Shown piece by piece: positions 29,650 to 37,802 of a stretch of DNA of 64,000 nucleotides. The number at the start of each line of letters is the position of its first letter. Positions within the stretch are counted from its first letter, which is position 1. The notes under the pieces are model-generated. The model did not search any database. It was not told where the DNA came from and was given only the letters and a program-made list of their open reading frames with translations. The stretch is from Pseudomonadota bacterium (GTDB taxonomy: Archaea; Thermoplasmatota; SW-10-69-26; JACQPN01; JAJPHT01), in the NCBI GenBank assembly GCA_021325135.1, contig JAJPHT010000030.1:1-64000 (forward strand), written 5' to 3'. Position numbers and translations under genes: made by a program.

Positions 29650-31598
29650 CTGGCCTCCGTGCGCGAGGCTGGGGCATCGTACGCATCGAGCCTTGGCGTC
29701 CAAGCTCGCTCCTGGGGCTCCAAGGCGATCGCTTGCGCGACGGCGTGGGCGAGGGGTGCGGGGACGCCGTTGGCGGTCTGGAGGCCGCGGCTGGCCAGGT
29801 TACCGGATAGTCGGTAGTCGCCCCAGAGGCCGAAGAGCGTGAGGGCCTCTTCGACCTCGATGCGCCGGTTCTCGTCAGGGTGGAGGAAATAGTTCTTCGT
29901 CACGTTCGTGACGGCGGGGCTCGTGCCGTCCCACGCTAGGCGCACGACGCTTTTCCAGTGGTTGGTGCGGGTCGGACTCGTCCGGTTCGCCACGTAGCTG
30001 CCGGTGGCTGGCACGTCGGCGTAGCGTCGTGCGAGGCGCTCGCTGAGATGACCGCGTGGCCGCCAGTCCGGTGGCAGGCGCCGGAAGGCTTCGCGGACCG
30101 TCTCCGCGGGTGAGGTCCGCAGGGGACGCATCTTGCGGCCGGGTTCGAGGGCGACGAAGATCCAGCGCCGCCGCCGTTGGGCCGAGCCGTACTGCGCGGC
30201 GTTGAGGATCATGCTGATCGTCTTGTAGTGCATGCGCCGGAACGCCGCCTCGACGCGATGGACCTCGTGCCGGCTGATGGTGTCCACGTTTTCGGCCACG
30301 ACGAACCGGGGCCGCACGCGGGCGATCAACTCGGCGAGGTTGCCCGTGGTCTCGAGGCGGGGATCGTCGTCCCGCCGACGGCGGTTCTGGCGGGAGTGGG
30401 CTTGGCAGGGTCCCGTGAGGAGGACGCCGGCGCGGCTGGGGCCGCCCGTGCCCACGAGAATGCCTTCGACGAGGCTGATGGCGCCGTCGGTGCAAACGGT
30501 CTGGAGGGGGTCATCGAGGCTGCGCGGCGCGCCCCCGCTCTGCTGGCCCAGGGTGAAGCGGGCCTCGCAGACGCCCAAGTGTTCGCCCGAGGCGGTGACC
30601 GTGGGCAGGGGCTCGTCGAGGCTGGCGGTGGTGCTCGTGCCGTAGAACTTGACCAGGAAGTGGAGGACCTCCTGGATTTCTTCGGGTGTCGTGGCGAGCT
30701 CGCGCAATGGCACGGGTCCGGTGCCGTTCTCGATGGCGCGTGCGAGGGGTTCCATGCGGGGGCCGCCGAAGCGGCGGAAGCCCTCGGCGATGCGCGAGAG
30801 CGTGCGGGGGCTCAGGGGTCGCTTGCGTCCCCAGATGCTCTTGCCGGGGAGGCTCCAGTCGATGATCTCGCGCGCGCTGCGCCAGGGCAGGGTGCCGGGG
30901 ATGGGCTTCTTGGGGTTGCTGTGCGTGGGCTTGGGCCAGCGGATTGGCTTGCCGTTGCGGCGGCAGATGATGAACAGCCGCAGGCGCCTGGTGGGGTCGC
31001 CGAAGTCGGCGGCATTGAGGACCTTGTACTCGACGCGGTAGCCGCGCTTCTCAATCTCGGCGATCCAAGCGAGGAACAACTCGCCCTTGCGCGCCTTGAT
31101 GGGGCGGTTCGTCTCGTCGAGCGGACCCCAGTTGCGGAATTCGGGGACGTTCTCGAATAGGCAATCCTCGGGTTCGGCCTCGTCGAGCCAGCGCAGGATG
31201 TAGTTGGGCGTCCCGCGGAGCTGGTCGTTGACGGGCTTGCCGCCTCGCGCTGTCGAGAAGAAGACGCAGGGTGGGCTGCCCACGAGGATGCGCAGCTTCT
31301 GGCCTTGGAGGACCGTCTTGGGGCTGACGTTCTCGATGCTGTCGCAAATGTGCGTCGCCCAAGGGTGATTCGAGGCGTGCGTCTCGACGGCGATGGCCCA
31401 GTGGTTCAACGCCACGAGGTCAAGGTCGATCTCGCCGCCCAATTCCGCGGCGAGCTCCTTGACCGCCATGGCGAGGGCGGTGCTGGTCCCGCCGCCTCCG
31501 CAGAAGAGATCCGCCGCGCGGATCACGGTGGGATGGCCCCTGCGGCGCGCTCGTGAGGAGCGCTCCGCTGGGGCAACGAGCAGTTGTTGCCGACTCAA
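29646..31598 (-). CDS. C5-cytosine DNA methyltransferase, chimeric (two sets of catalytic motifs)
   Basis: DLFCGGGG (I), GSPPC (IV), ENVPEF (VI), TRRLRLF (VIII); then a second GPCQ, ENV, QRRRRWIF, followed by IX (RRIEVEE) and X (ANGVP). Confidence 0.9.
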   Translation of the reverse strand: MSRQQLLVAPAERSSRARRRGHPTVIRAADLFCGGGGTSTALAMAVKELAAELGGEIDLDLVALNHWAIAVETHASNHPWATHICDSIENVSPKTVLQGQKLRILVGSPPCVFFSTARGGKPVNDQLRGTPNYILRWLDEAEPEDCLFENVPEFRNWGPLDETNRPIKARKGELFLAWIAEIEKRGYRVEYKVLNAADFGDPTRRLRLFIICRRNGKPIRWPKPTHSNPKKPIPGTLPWRSAREIIDWSLPGKSIWGRKRPLSPRTLSRIAEGFRRFGGPRMEPLARAIENGTGPVPLRELATTPEEIQEVLHFLVKFYGTSTTASLDEPLPTVTASGEHLGVCEARFTLGQQSGGAPRSLDDPLQTVCTDGAISLVEGILVGTGGPSRAGVLLTGPCQAHSRQNRRRRDDDPRLETTGNLAELIARVRPRFVVAENVDTISRHEVHRVEAAFRRMHYKTISMILNAAQYGSAQRRRRWIFVALEPGRKMRPLRTSPAETVREAFRRLPPDWRPRGHLSERLARRYADVPATGSYVANRTSPTRTNHWKSVVRLAWDGTSPAVTNVTKNYFLHPDENRRIEVEEALTLFGLWGDYRLSGNLASRGLQTANGVPAPLAHAVAQAIALEPQERAWTPRLDAYDAPASRTEAR

Positions 31599-31654
31599 TC
31601 CGGTAATCCTGTGTTTTCACCATGGACTTCGTCCAGGCCGGCGGGCGCGGGGGC

Positions 31655-32515
31655 TCAGGCGTTGGCGCTGGCGGGCGTGGCGAGGTTGCCGATGTCGAGA
31701 TCGTCATCCGCGGGCAGGGTGACCTCGGGGAGCACGACGAGGGGGCTCTCGATGACCTGCTCCTTCCTGGCGAGGGGGGCGAGGACCTCGTTCATGAGGG
31801 ATTCGCGGAAGGGATCCACGTTGAACGAGTCGGGGTCCAAGGGCTTGACGAGGCTGGCGCCCAGCGCGGCGAGGGCGCGGCGCTGCTCGGGCTTGGGCGT
31901 GTAGACGTCGGTGTCGAGATTGGCCTTGGGGTTGGTGTCTCGGAAGTGGTAGCGCTCCTCGAAGACGAGGATGCCGTTGGGCAGGGCGCGGATGAGGCCG
32001 TGGACGGTGCGTGGGCTGCTGGTGCCCTTCTTGACGAAGCGGACTTGCATCGCGCGGGCGGGCCGCCCCGCTTCGTCGCAGAGCGTCGCGTGGAGCGCCG
32101 CGTAGATCTTCATCCCCACCGTGTCTTGGCGGGTGGGCACGACGAAGTGGGCTTCGGGGACGACGCGGATGAGGTCCAGGTCGAGGATGGTCGGGTCCTC
32201 GAGGCATTGGATCACCGTGATGGTGCCGTCGCCCTTGGGCTTGCGGCTCTGGATCCACTCGGGCTTGAGCACGATGCCCTTCCTGTATTGTTTGAGCGTG
32301 CCCGGGATGGGCTTGTCGATTCCGCAGGCAGGGCAGTAGTCGAGGCGCTTGAGGTTCTCGCCGTGGACCTCGCAGAGGTTGCTGAACTTGAAGCCGTTCG
32401 TTCCCGCGTTGCTGGTGGCGAACTTGACCAGACCGACTTGGAGCGCGATCTGGCTGTTGGGGACGCTGAGGCGGTAGGAGCTGCTGGAGTCTTCGGTGTC
32501 TGTGGTGTTGGCCAT
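31655..32515 (-). CDS. ku: Divergent Ku-like DNA end-binding protein
   Basis: IALQVGLVKFAT.....FKFSNLCEVHG.....YCPACG ... HFVVP ... IYAALHATL ... DPFRESL follows the prokaryotic Ku layout; motif 17 nt upstream. Confidence 0.65.
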   Translation of the reverse strand: MANTTDTEDSSSSYRLSVPNSQIALQVGLVKFATSNAGTNGFKFSNLCEVHGENLKRLDYCPACGIDKPIPGTLKQYRKGIVLKPEWIQSRKPKGDGTITVIQCLEDPTILDLDLIRVVPEAHFVVPTRQDTVGMKIYAALHATLCDEAGRPARAMQVRFVKKGTSSPRTVHGLIRALPNGILVFEERYHFRDTNPKANLDTDVYTPKPEQRRALAALGASLVKPLDPDSFNVDPFRESLMNEVLAPLARKEQVIESPLVVLPEVTLPADDDLDIGNLATPASANA

Positions 32516-32562
32516 GGTGCTCTGAACGAGGACTTGGTTCAGGGACGAGTGGGGGTCAGGGA

Positions 32563-33510
32563 TCAGGCGCTCGGGGGCGCCCGGGCGGCGAGGACCGCCT
32601 CGATGCGGGAGGCTTGGCGTTCGCCGCGGACGAGGCCCAGGTATTCGCGCAGGTCGTCACTGTCCAAGGCGTCGAGGTCCTCGTCGTCGAGGCGGTCGCC
32701 TTCGGCGACGTCCGCCCAGTCGAGGAGGACGTGGTCGGCTTCCTTGTGCGTCTGCGCATCGTACACCTTGGCCAGGCCCCCGCCTTGGGCGAGGGTGATC
32801 ACGATCCGACCTGCGCTCTGGGCAGGCGAGGGCGCATGGGCGATGGTGTCCAGGAGGAGGTTGGCAAGATCCTCCGCCAGACACCAACGCTCGTAGGAGG
32901 CGCGGAGCACGGGGTCGGCCATGGTGCGCGTCATGTTGCTCGCTTCACGGTGGAGCACGACCATGCTCGCCTCCTCTTGCGGCAAGCCCTCGACCTGGGC
33001 GACCCGATCGACGAGATCTCGGACGGCCCACTTCTCCCTCCACAACGCCTCGCGCATGGTGCTGAGGCGCTCCTGTGGTGGGCAGGTGTGGATGTAGTGG
33101 TACTCGTCGAGGGCGAGCATGAGGAGCCGCTCGCACGCGGCGGCTGGGGAGTCGTCCGCGTGGGCGTAGCGCCGGCTCTGGAACGTCGGGCCGTGGTCGA
33201 GGGGCTTGACGGGCTTGCCGCACGCGCGACAGGAGACCTTCTGGACGTCGCGGGGCTTGCGGCCTCCCTTCGGAACCTCCTTGACGATGGTGGAGTCCAC
33301 GCACTGCCAGGGAAGCTCGCTGGGAAGGCCGACGCGCCGGGCTTGAAGGGCGTTCGTGTTCGGGGTTGCGTCGGGGAGGATTTCGAGGCTCACGCGGACG
33401 TGGCGTCCGTGGAGGCGCGCGAAGTCGAGGCTGGGCAGGAGTTCCCAGGCGTCGAACCCCGCGGCGAGTTCGCGTTCGGTCGGAAAGGTGATCTCTTGAG
33501 TCAATCTCAT
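32563..33510 (-). CDS. Hypothetical protein (Zn finger; C-terminal domain shared with 40046-40669)
   Basis: CRACG; W.DV.EGDRL.DEDL..LD.D.LREY. Confidence 0.75.
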   Translation of the reverse strand: MRLTQEITFPTERELAAGFDAWELLPSLDFARLHGRHVRVSLEILPDATPNTNALQARRVGLPSELPWQCVDSTIVKEVPKGGRKPRDVQKVSCRACGKPVKPLDHGPTFQSRRYAHADDSPAAACERLLMLALDEYHYIHTCPPQERLSTMREALWREKWAVRDLVDRVAQVEGLPQEEASMVVLHREASNMTRTMADPVLRASYERWCLAEDLANLLLDTIAHAPSPAQSAGRIVITLAQGGGLAKVYDAQTHKEADHVLLDWADVAEGDRLDDEDLDALDSDDLREYLGLVRGERQASRIEAVLAARAPPSA

Positions 33511-33547
33511 GGGAATGCACGGGAGACTTCGTCCAGGATGATGGGAT

Positions 33548-33997
33548 TCAGAGGGAGTACCGGACGGGGAGAGGTGGCAGGGGCGCAGCGGCGGGCGCGC
33601 TGGCTCCGGCCTTGCGGACGGCGCTCACGAAGCCGTCCCAGTCGGCGAGCCGCGCGTAGGGCCACCACTGGTTGGTCTTGCCGGTGTAGTCGGTCCGGCT
33701 GCGGCAGCCGCGGAACATGAGCCCGTAGCCCGTGTCCTGGCAGAACTGGACGTAGACGGTGTCGGCGTGGAGGACGCTTTCCCCCGATCCGGCGGGCCCG
33801 CCCGGCTGGAAGCGGAGATCGTAAGCGTTCTCGTCGAGGCCGAGTTCGGCCGCGAGCGCGCGGAGGATCTTGAACCCGAGGCGGCGGAACTCGCTCTTGG
33901 GCGTCTTGCCGCGCCCGTACTCGCCGCGGGCCTCGCGGGCCAACCGTGCGAGCTCCTCGATGTCCCTCGTGCTGGGGCGATGGGTTGTCTTGTGCAT
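33548..33997 (-). CDS. Plasmid-type hypothetical protein
   Basis: K..F......LRALAAELGL....YDLRF..GG.AGSGE..LH.D.VYVQ...GLMFR.C....DYTG..N; motif 18 nt upstream. Confidence 0.75.
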   Translation of the reverse strand: MHKTTHRPSTRDIEELARLAREARGEYGRGKTPKSEFRRLGFKILRALAAELGLDENAYDLRFQPGGPAGSGESVLHADTVYVQFCQDTGYGLMFRGCRSRTDYTGKTNQWWPYARLADWDGFVSAVRKAGASAPAAAPLPPLPVRYSL

Positions 33998-34085
33998 GGT
34001 TGAAGAATTGGGAGGCTTGGTCCACGCGGGCTCCGAAGTGGCGAGCCCGTCTGGGGCGTCTATTCCCCTGGGCCCTCTGGTGGAG

Positions 34086-34850
34086 CTACGGTGCTGGTTG
34101 GTCGTGGCGCGCGAGGAGAGCATGGCCCAGCGCTTCGGTGGCCTGCTCCAAGGTCAGTTCGGGGTAGAGCGAGAGGGCATATGCGTCCCAGAGGCTCGCG
34201 TCGGTGGAGTCGGGGATGTCGTGCTCGTCCGGTCCGCCGTTGCCGCGGTTGCGGATTTCGCCGACGCGCAGCCATTGCTTCCGCTTGAAGCGCTCCAGCG
34301 TCGCCACGAAGGCGTAGCCGTTTCCGAGTTCTAGACCCTTGACCTGTGTGATGCGCCAGGGGGCGTCGCGCGGCAGGCGAGCGTCCTGCTCGGCGAGTTG
34401 GGCCTCCAGCTCGCTCTCGGTGAGGACGCGGATGCTCGGGTCGGGCGTCCCGTAGTTCTTGCCCGTGATCCAGATGTTTTCCCGTGTCGCGTCGTGTTCG
34501 AGCGTGCCGTCGGGTTGGACGATGTACGGGAGGGCGCCTCCGGTGTCGCGGCCTCCTTCGAGCTGGTCGGCGAGGTTCCTTGCGGCTCGGCGCGCGGCGC
34601 GATCCGTCAACAACGGGCGGAGGCTGTGGATGCCGCCGCGGTTGTGAAGGAGCCGGATTGGCAAGGACTCGTTGGGCTTGGCCATCGCGAAGCACTCCTC
34701 GCAGAGGAAGAGGCTCACGCGCCAGATTGTGACGAGCTTCGTGGCGAGTCGGGCGCAGTCTTTGCACGTCTGGCGCGTACCTCTCCTGACGGGGGCGACG
34801 CTCGCGATGGTGAAGAAGGTCTCGGCGTTGGCGTGTTGGATCGATTTCAT
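34086..34850 (-). CDS. Hypothetical protein with N-terminal Zn finger
   Basis: CKDC...LCEEC; motif 19 nt upstream. Confidence 0.7.
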   Translation of the reverse strand: MKSIQHANAETFFTIASVAPVRRGTRQTCKDCARLATKLVTIWRVSLFLCEECFAMAKPNESLPIRLLHNRGGIHSLRPLLTDRAARRAARNLADQLEGGRDTGGALPYIVQPDGTLEHDATRENIWITGKNYGTPDPSIRVLTESELEAQLAEQDARLPRDAPWRITQVKGLELGNGYAFVATLERFKRKQWLRVGEIRNRGNGGPDEHDIPDSTDASLWDAYALSLYPELTLEQATEALGHALLARHDQPAP

Positions 34851-35044
34851 GGTCCAGGTAGAATCGAGACTTCGTCCATGCGCGCGTGCGAGCCTACAGG
34901 ATTGGGTCGAAGACGAGCGCGCGGATGCCGTGAATCGGGCATCCCTCGACGCCTCCGCTCAGGCGCGTGGCGGCGGTGAAGCAGACGCTGCAGAAGAGGA
35001 CCGGACTCGGGCCTCGGCACGCTGTAGCTTGGACGCGCATGCGT

Positions 35045-35824
35045 TCACCGCTTCAGCGCCAAGGCCAGGCCTGCGAGGCCAACGACGGCCGGGGGCGCTC
35101 CGCTTTCGCTGATCGCGTACATCGAGTTGAGGAACGCGTCCCCCGTGCCATGGTCTCGTCGCGGATTCCTTCGCAGCACCTCGGGCAGGACGACCTCGAC
35201 GGTCGTGTCGAGCTTGAAGGGGAGATTGTTGGTGTCTCCGCGTGCTTGAGCGACGCGCGTGGCGGCTTGGATGGCGGCCTCGGCCTGATCCACGCGGAAG
35301 TACCGATCGCGGTGGAGGTTCGAGTTGTAGTGGTTGACCACGCTCACGCTCGTGCCGCCATGGTTGTGTCCCAGACCGAAGGTGTTCAGCTCGAAGAGGG
35401 GCTCGCCCAGGGGCACGTGGAGCCTTCCCTCCACGAGGAGGAGGTCTCGTGCCCAGGCGCGCGCCAGGCGGCCGGCTTCGCGTTTCGATTCGGGTCGCGA
35501 GTAGGGGAAGCGCCGGTGTTCGATGGCGTCCTGGAGCGTCGCGTATCGGTTGGGCTCTGGGTGCGCGGTGTAGTGGCGCATCCTGGGCTGCACCCAGAGG
35601 CGCTTCCGCCACCAACGGTACTGGAGCCTCTCTCCACCACCGAAGCGCTTGCTGAATCCGTCGGGGAGCCAGCCCCGTTGGATGAGCGCGATGGGCGCTT
35701 CTGATTGCATGACTTCGGGGACGGTGACATTGAACGTCGCGGTCTGGTCGCGCCAGCGCAGCTTACGGTGTCGGCGCGTGGGAAGGTAACTCTCCAGGTA
35801 TGGGACGGGAACTTGAAGCTTCAT
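35045..35824 (-). CDS. Hypothetical protein
   Basis: YLPTRRHRKLR, GEP.....TFGLGHNHGGT; motif variant 18 nt upstream. Confidence 0.75.
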   Translation of the reverse strand: MKLQVPVPYLESYLPTRRHRKLRWRDQTATFNVTVPEVMQSEAPIALIQRGWLPDGFSKRFGGGERLQYRWWRKRLWVQPRMRHYTAHPEPNRYATLQDAIEHRRFPYSRPESKREAGRLARAWARDLLLVEGRLHVPLGEPLFELNTFGLGHNHGGTSVSVVNHYNSNLHRDRYFRVDQAEAAIQAATRVAQARGDTNNLPFKLDTTVEVVLPEVLRRNPRRDHGTGDAFLNSMYAISESGAPPAVVGLAGLALALKR

Positions 35825-35876
35825 CGAGATCGGGTGAATGGGCTTCGTGCCACGAGGCCTCGGGTGATCGTGGGGC

Positions 35877-36050
35877 CTACTTGAAAGCCAGGCGTTGGAC
35901 GCGGTCGAGGAGCGTCTCGGGGTCACCGGTGGCGGTCAGGATCAGGATGTGCATGCCGCTGGGGTTCCGAGGAGGGCGGATGCAGACCTGGAAGGTGAGC
36001 TTCGAGGTGCCTTCCCCGTCGGTGACGTCGATGCACGTCGTATACGTCAT
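35877..36050 (-). CDS. Small hypothetical protein
   Basis: ATGA-coupled start MTYTTC. Confidence 0.5.
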   Translation of the reverse strand: MTYTTCIDVTDGEGTSKLTFQVCIRPPRNPSGMHILILTATGDPETLLDRVQRLAFK

Positions 36051-37087
36051 GCGGGACAAGCCGTCGCCTCCGATGGGCCCAGGATGTCTTCCTGGAGGAT
36101 CCGCTCGATCCACTTCGGATCCTTGTCCACCAGGATGACGCGGCGCCCCAAGGCCTGGACGCGCCGCGCCCAGCGGGCTCTACCGCAGAAGGGATCGAGG
36201 ACAACGTCGCCGGGGCTCGTGAGCATGCGGATTGGGGCGAGGAAGGCCTCGATGGGTTTCTCGGCCTCGTGTTCGCGCGCGGTGGGGTCGCACGCGCGGT
36301 GGACGCGCCTGACGCGCAGGACGCTCTGGTTGTGGCGCGCGTCGCGGGGGATGCCGGCGCGCGGCGTGGCGCAGAAGTAGTGCCAGAGCCAGTGGCGCTG
36401 GGCGGGCCAGTAGCCCCCGATGCGGTGTTCGTAGTCCACGACTTGCTCGAAGACGTACTCGAATCCGCAGGACTCGGCCAGCGCGATGAGCGCGTCGATG
36501 TGCTTGCGCGTGTCGCGGTTCCGGGGCGGGCTCCAGATGACGCAGAAGCCGCCCGCTTGCTTTGGAGGGCCTCCGCGCAGGGCGGGGTAGGGGCGTCGTT
36601 TGACGAGGAGGCGGTGTGCTTGGCGGAACCACTCACGATCGGGGTCGCGCTGCTCGTAGGTGCGGCCCTTGCCGCGGGGGCCTCGCGATGTTCCGTGGCG
36701 CTGCGCGTTCTGCTTCGTGCCCAGGTCTGCGGGGATGTCGCTGAGGATCAGGTCGATGCTTTCGCTGGGCAACTGGGGCATGATGGTCCAGGCGTCGCCG
36801 GTGACGAGGACGAGTTGCGCGGGTCCGTCGATGGCGACGAACACGCCGCGGGCGATGCGCAGGAGCCGGCCCTTGGCGAGGTGTTCGTAGACGCGTGCCC
36901 GCACGGTTTCTTTCGCTGTCCCGGGCCGCAGGTACAGGACGAGTTCGTAGAGCTCGCCCAAGGCCCGGGGCTGTTCGCGGAGGGAGTCGAGGATCAAGGG
37001 GGCCAGGGTGGTTTGCTTGGGTGCGCCGGGCGTGCTCGACGCCTGGGCGCGGCTTGTGCGGGGTGGTCGTGATCGTGTTGGAAGCAT
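36047..37087 (-). CDS. wHTH-fused beta-class N4/N6 DNA methyltransferase-like protein with degenerate motifs
   Basis: GDA....QLPSESIDLILSDIPA (DPPY position), EKP, PGDVVLDPFCGRA; N-terminal ELYE....TVRARVYE...GRLLRIARGVF. Confidence 0.8.
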   Translation of the reverse strand: MLPTRSRPPRTSRAQASSTPGAPKQTTLAPLILDSLREQPRALGELYELVLYLRPGTAKETVRARVYEHLAKGRLLRIARGVFVAIDGPAQLVLVTGDAWTIMPQLPSESIDLILSDIPADLGTKQNAQRHGTSRGPRGKGRTYEQRDPDREWFRQAHRLLVKRRPYPALRGGPPKQAGGFCVIWSPPRNRDTRKHIDALIALAESCGFEYVFEQVVDYEHRIGGYWPAQRHWLWHYFCATPRAGIPRDARHNQSVLRVRRVHRACDPTAREHEAEKPIEAFLAPIRMLTSPGDVVLDPFCGRARWARRVQALGRRVILVDKDPKWIERILQEDILGPSEATACPA

Positions 37088-37123
37088 GGTCGTGTTGCAG
37101 GTCTTCGTCCAAGGGGGGAGGGC

Positions 37124-37765
37124 TCAGGGGTGGCGCGCGCGGAAGGCATCGGCGGCCTGGAGCGCCGCGCGAAGGATGCGTTCCGCTTCGGTGCGGTCGC
37201 CGCGGATGAGGGCGGCGAGAGCGTCTCGCGCATCGCCCCTGGAGACGAGCATCATGGGGCGACGCTCGCACTTGGGGCACGTTCCATGGGGGTTCACAGG
37301 GGGCGGGCCGGGCGGCGCGAAGCGGCGGAGCGGCGTGGCCGGGGTGGCCGTGTCGGCTCTGGGGTGCCGGGCCTGGAGGTCCTCGGCGCGCTGGTGGCTG
37401 ATGCTCCAGACCCGCAAGTCGCCCGCGTCGAGGGTGGCGCCGAAGACGCCGTCGGTGGCAGGATCGCTCCGATGCAGGGCGGCCGCGAAGGCGCGATCCA
37501 GCGCATCGCCCTCCGGGAGGGGTCCGGCATAGCGCGCGATCTCGACGCCGCCCTCGACGAGGAGCACATGATGCTCAGCCGCTGGGGCCAGGAGCACGTC
37601 GCCGTGGGTGTTCTCGACGCGCAGGACTTGGGGTTCGTCGAGTTCGACCGGTTCGACTCCGCTGGGGCGGCCAGCCTCGAGCCGTTGGAGCGCCTCCTCG
37701 GCGGTCGGGGCCTCGATCGTGTGGTAATGCAGGACTTCGCGGCGGATGATGAGGAAGGATGGCAT
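37124..37765 (-). CDS. Hypothetical protein
   Basis: Motif 16 nt upstream; IEAPTAEEAL, CPKC. Confidence 0.7.
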   Translation of the reverse strand: MPSFLIIRREVLHYHTIEAPTAEEALQRLEAGRPSGVEPVELDEPQVLRVENTHGDVLLAPAAEHHVLLVEGGVEIARYAGPLPEGDALDRAFAAALHRSDPATDGVFGATLDAGDLRVWSISHQRAEDLQARHPRADTATPATPLRRFAPPGPPPVNPHGTCPKCERRPMMLVSRGDARDALAALIRGDRTEAERILRAALQAADAFRARHP

Positions 37766-37802
37766 GAGGAAGGAACGCTGGCTTGGTCCAGTCCGAGGGG
37801 GC

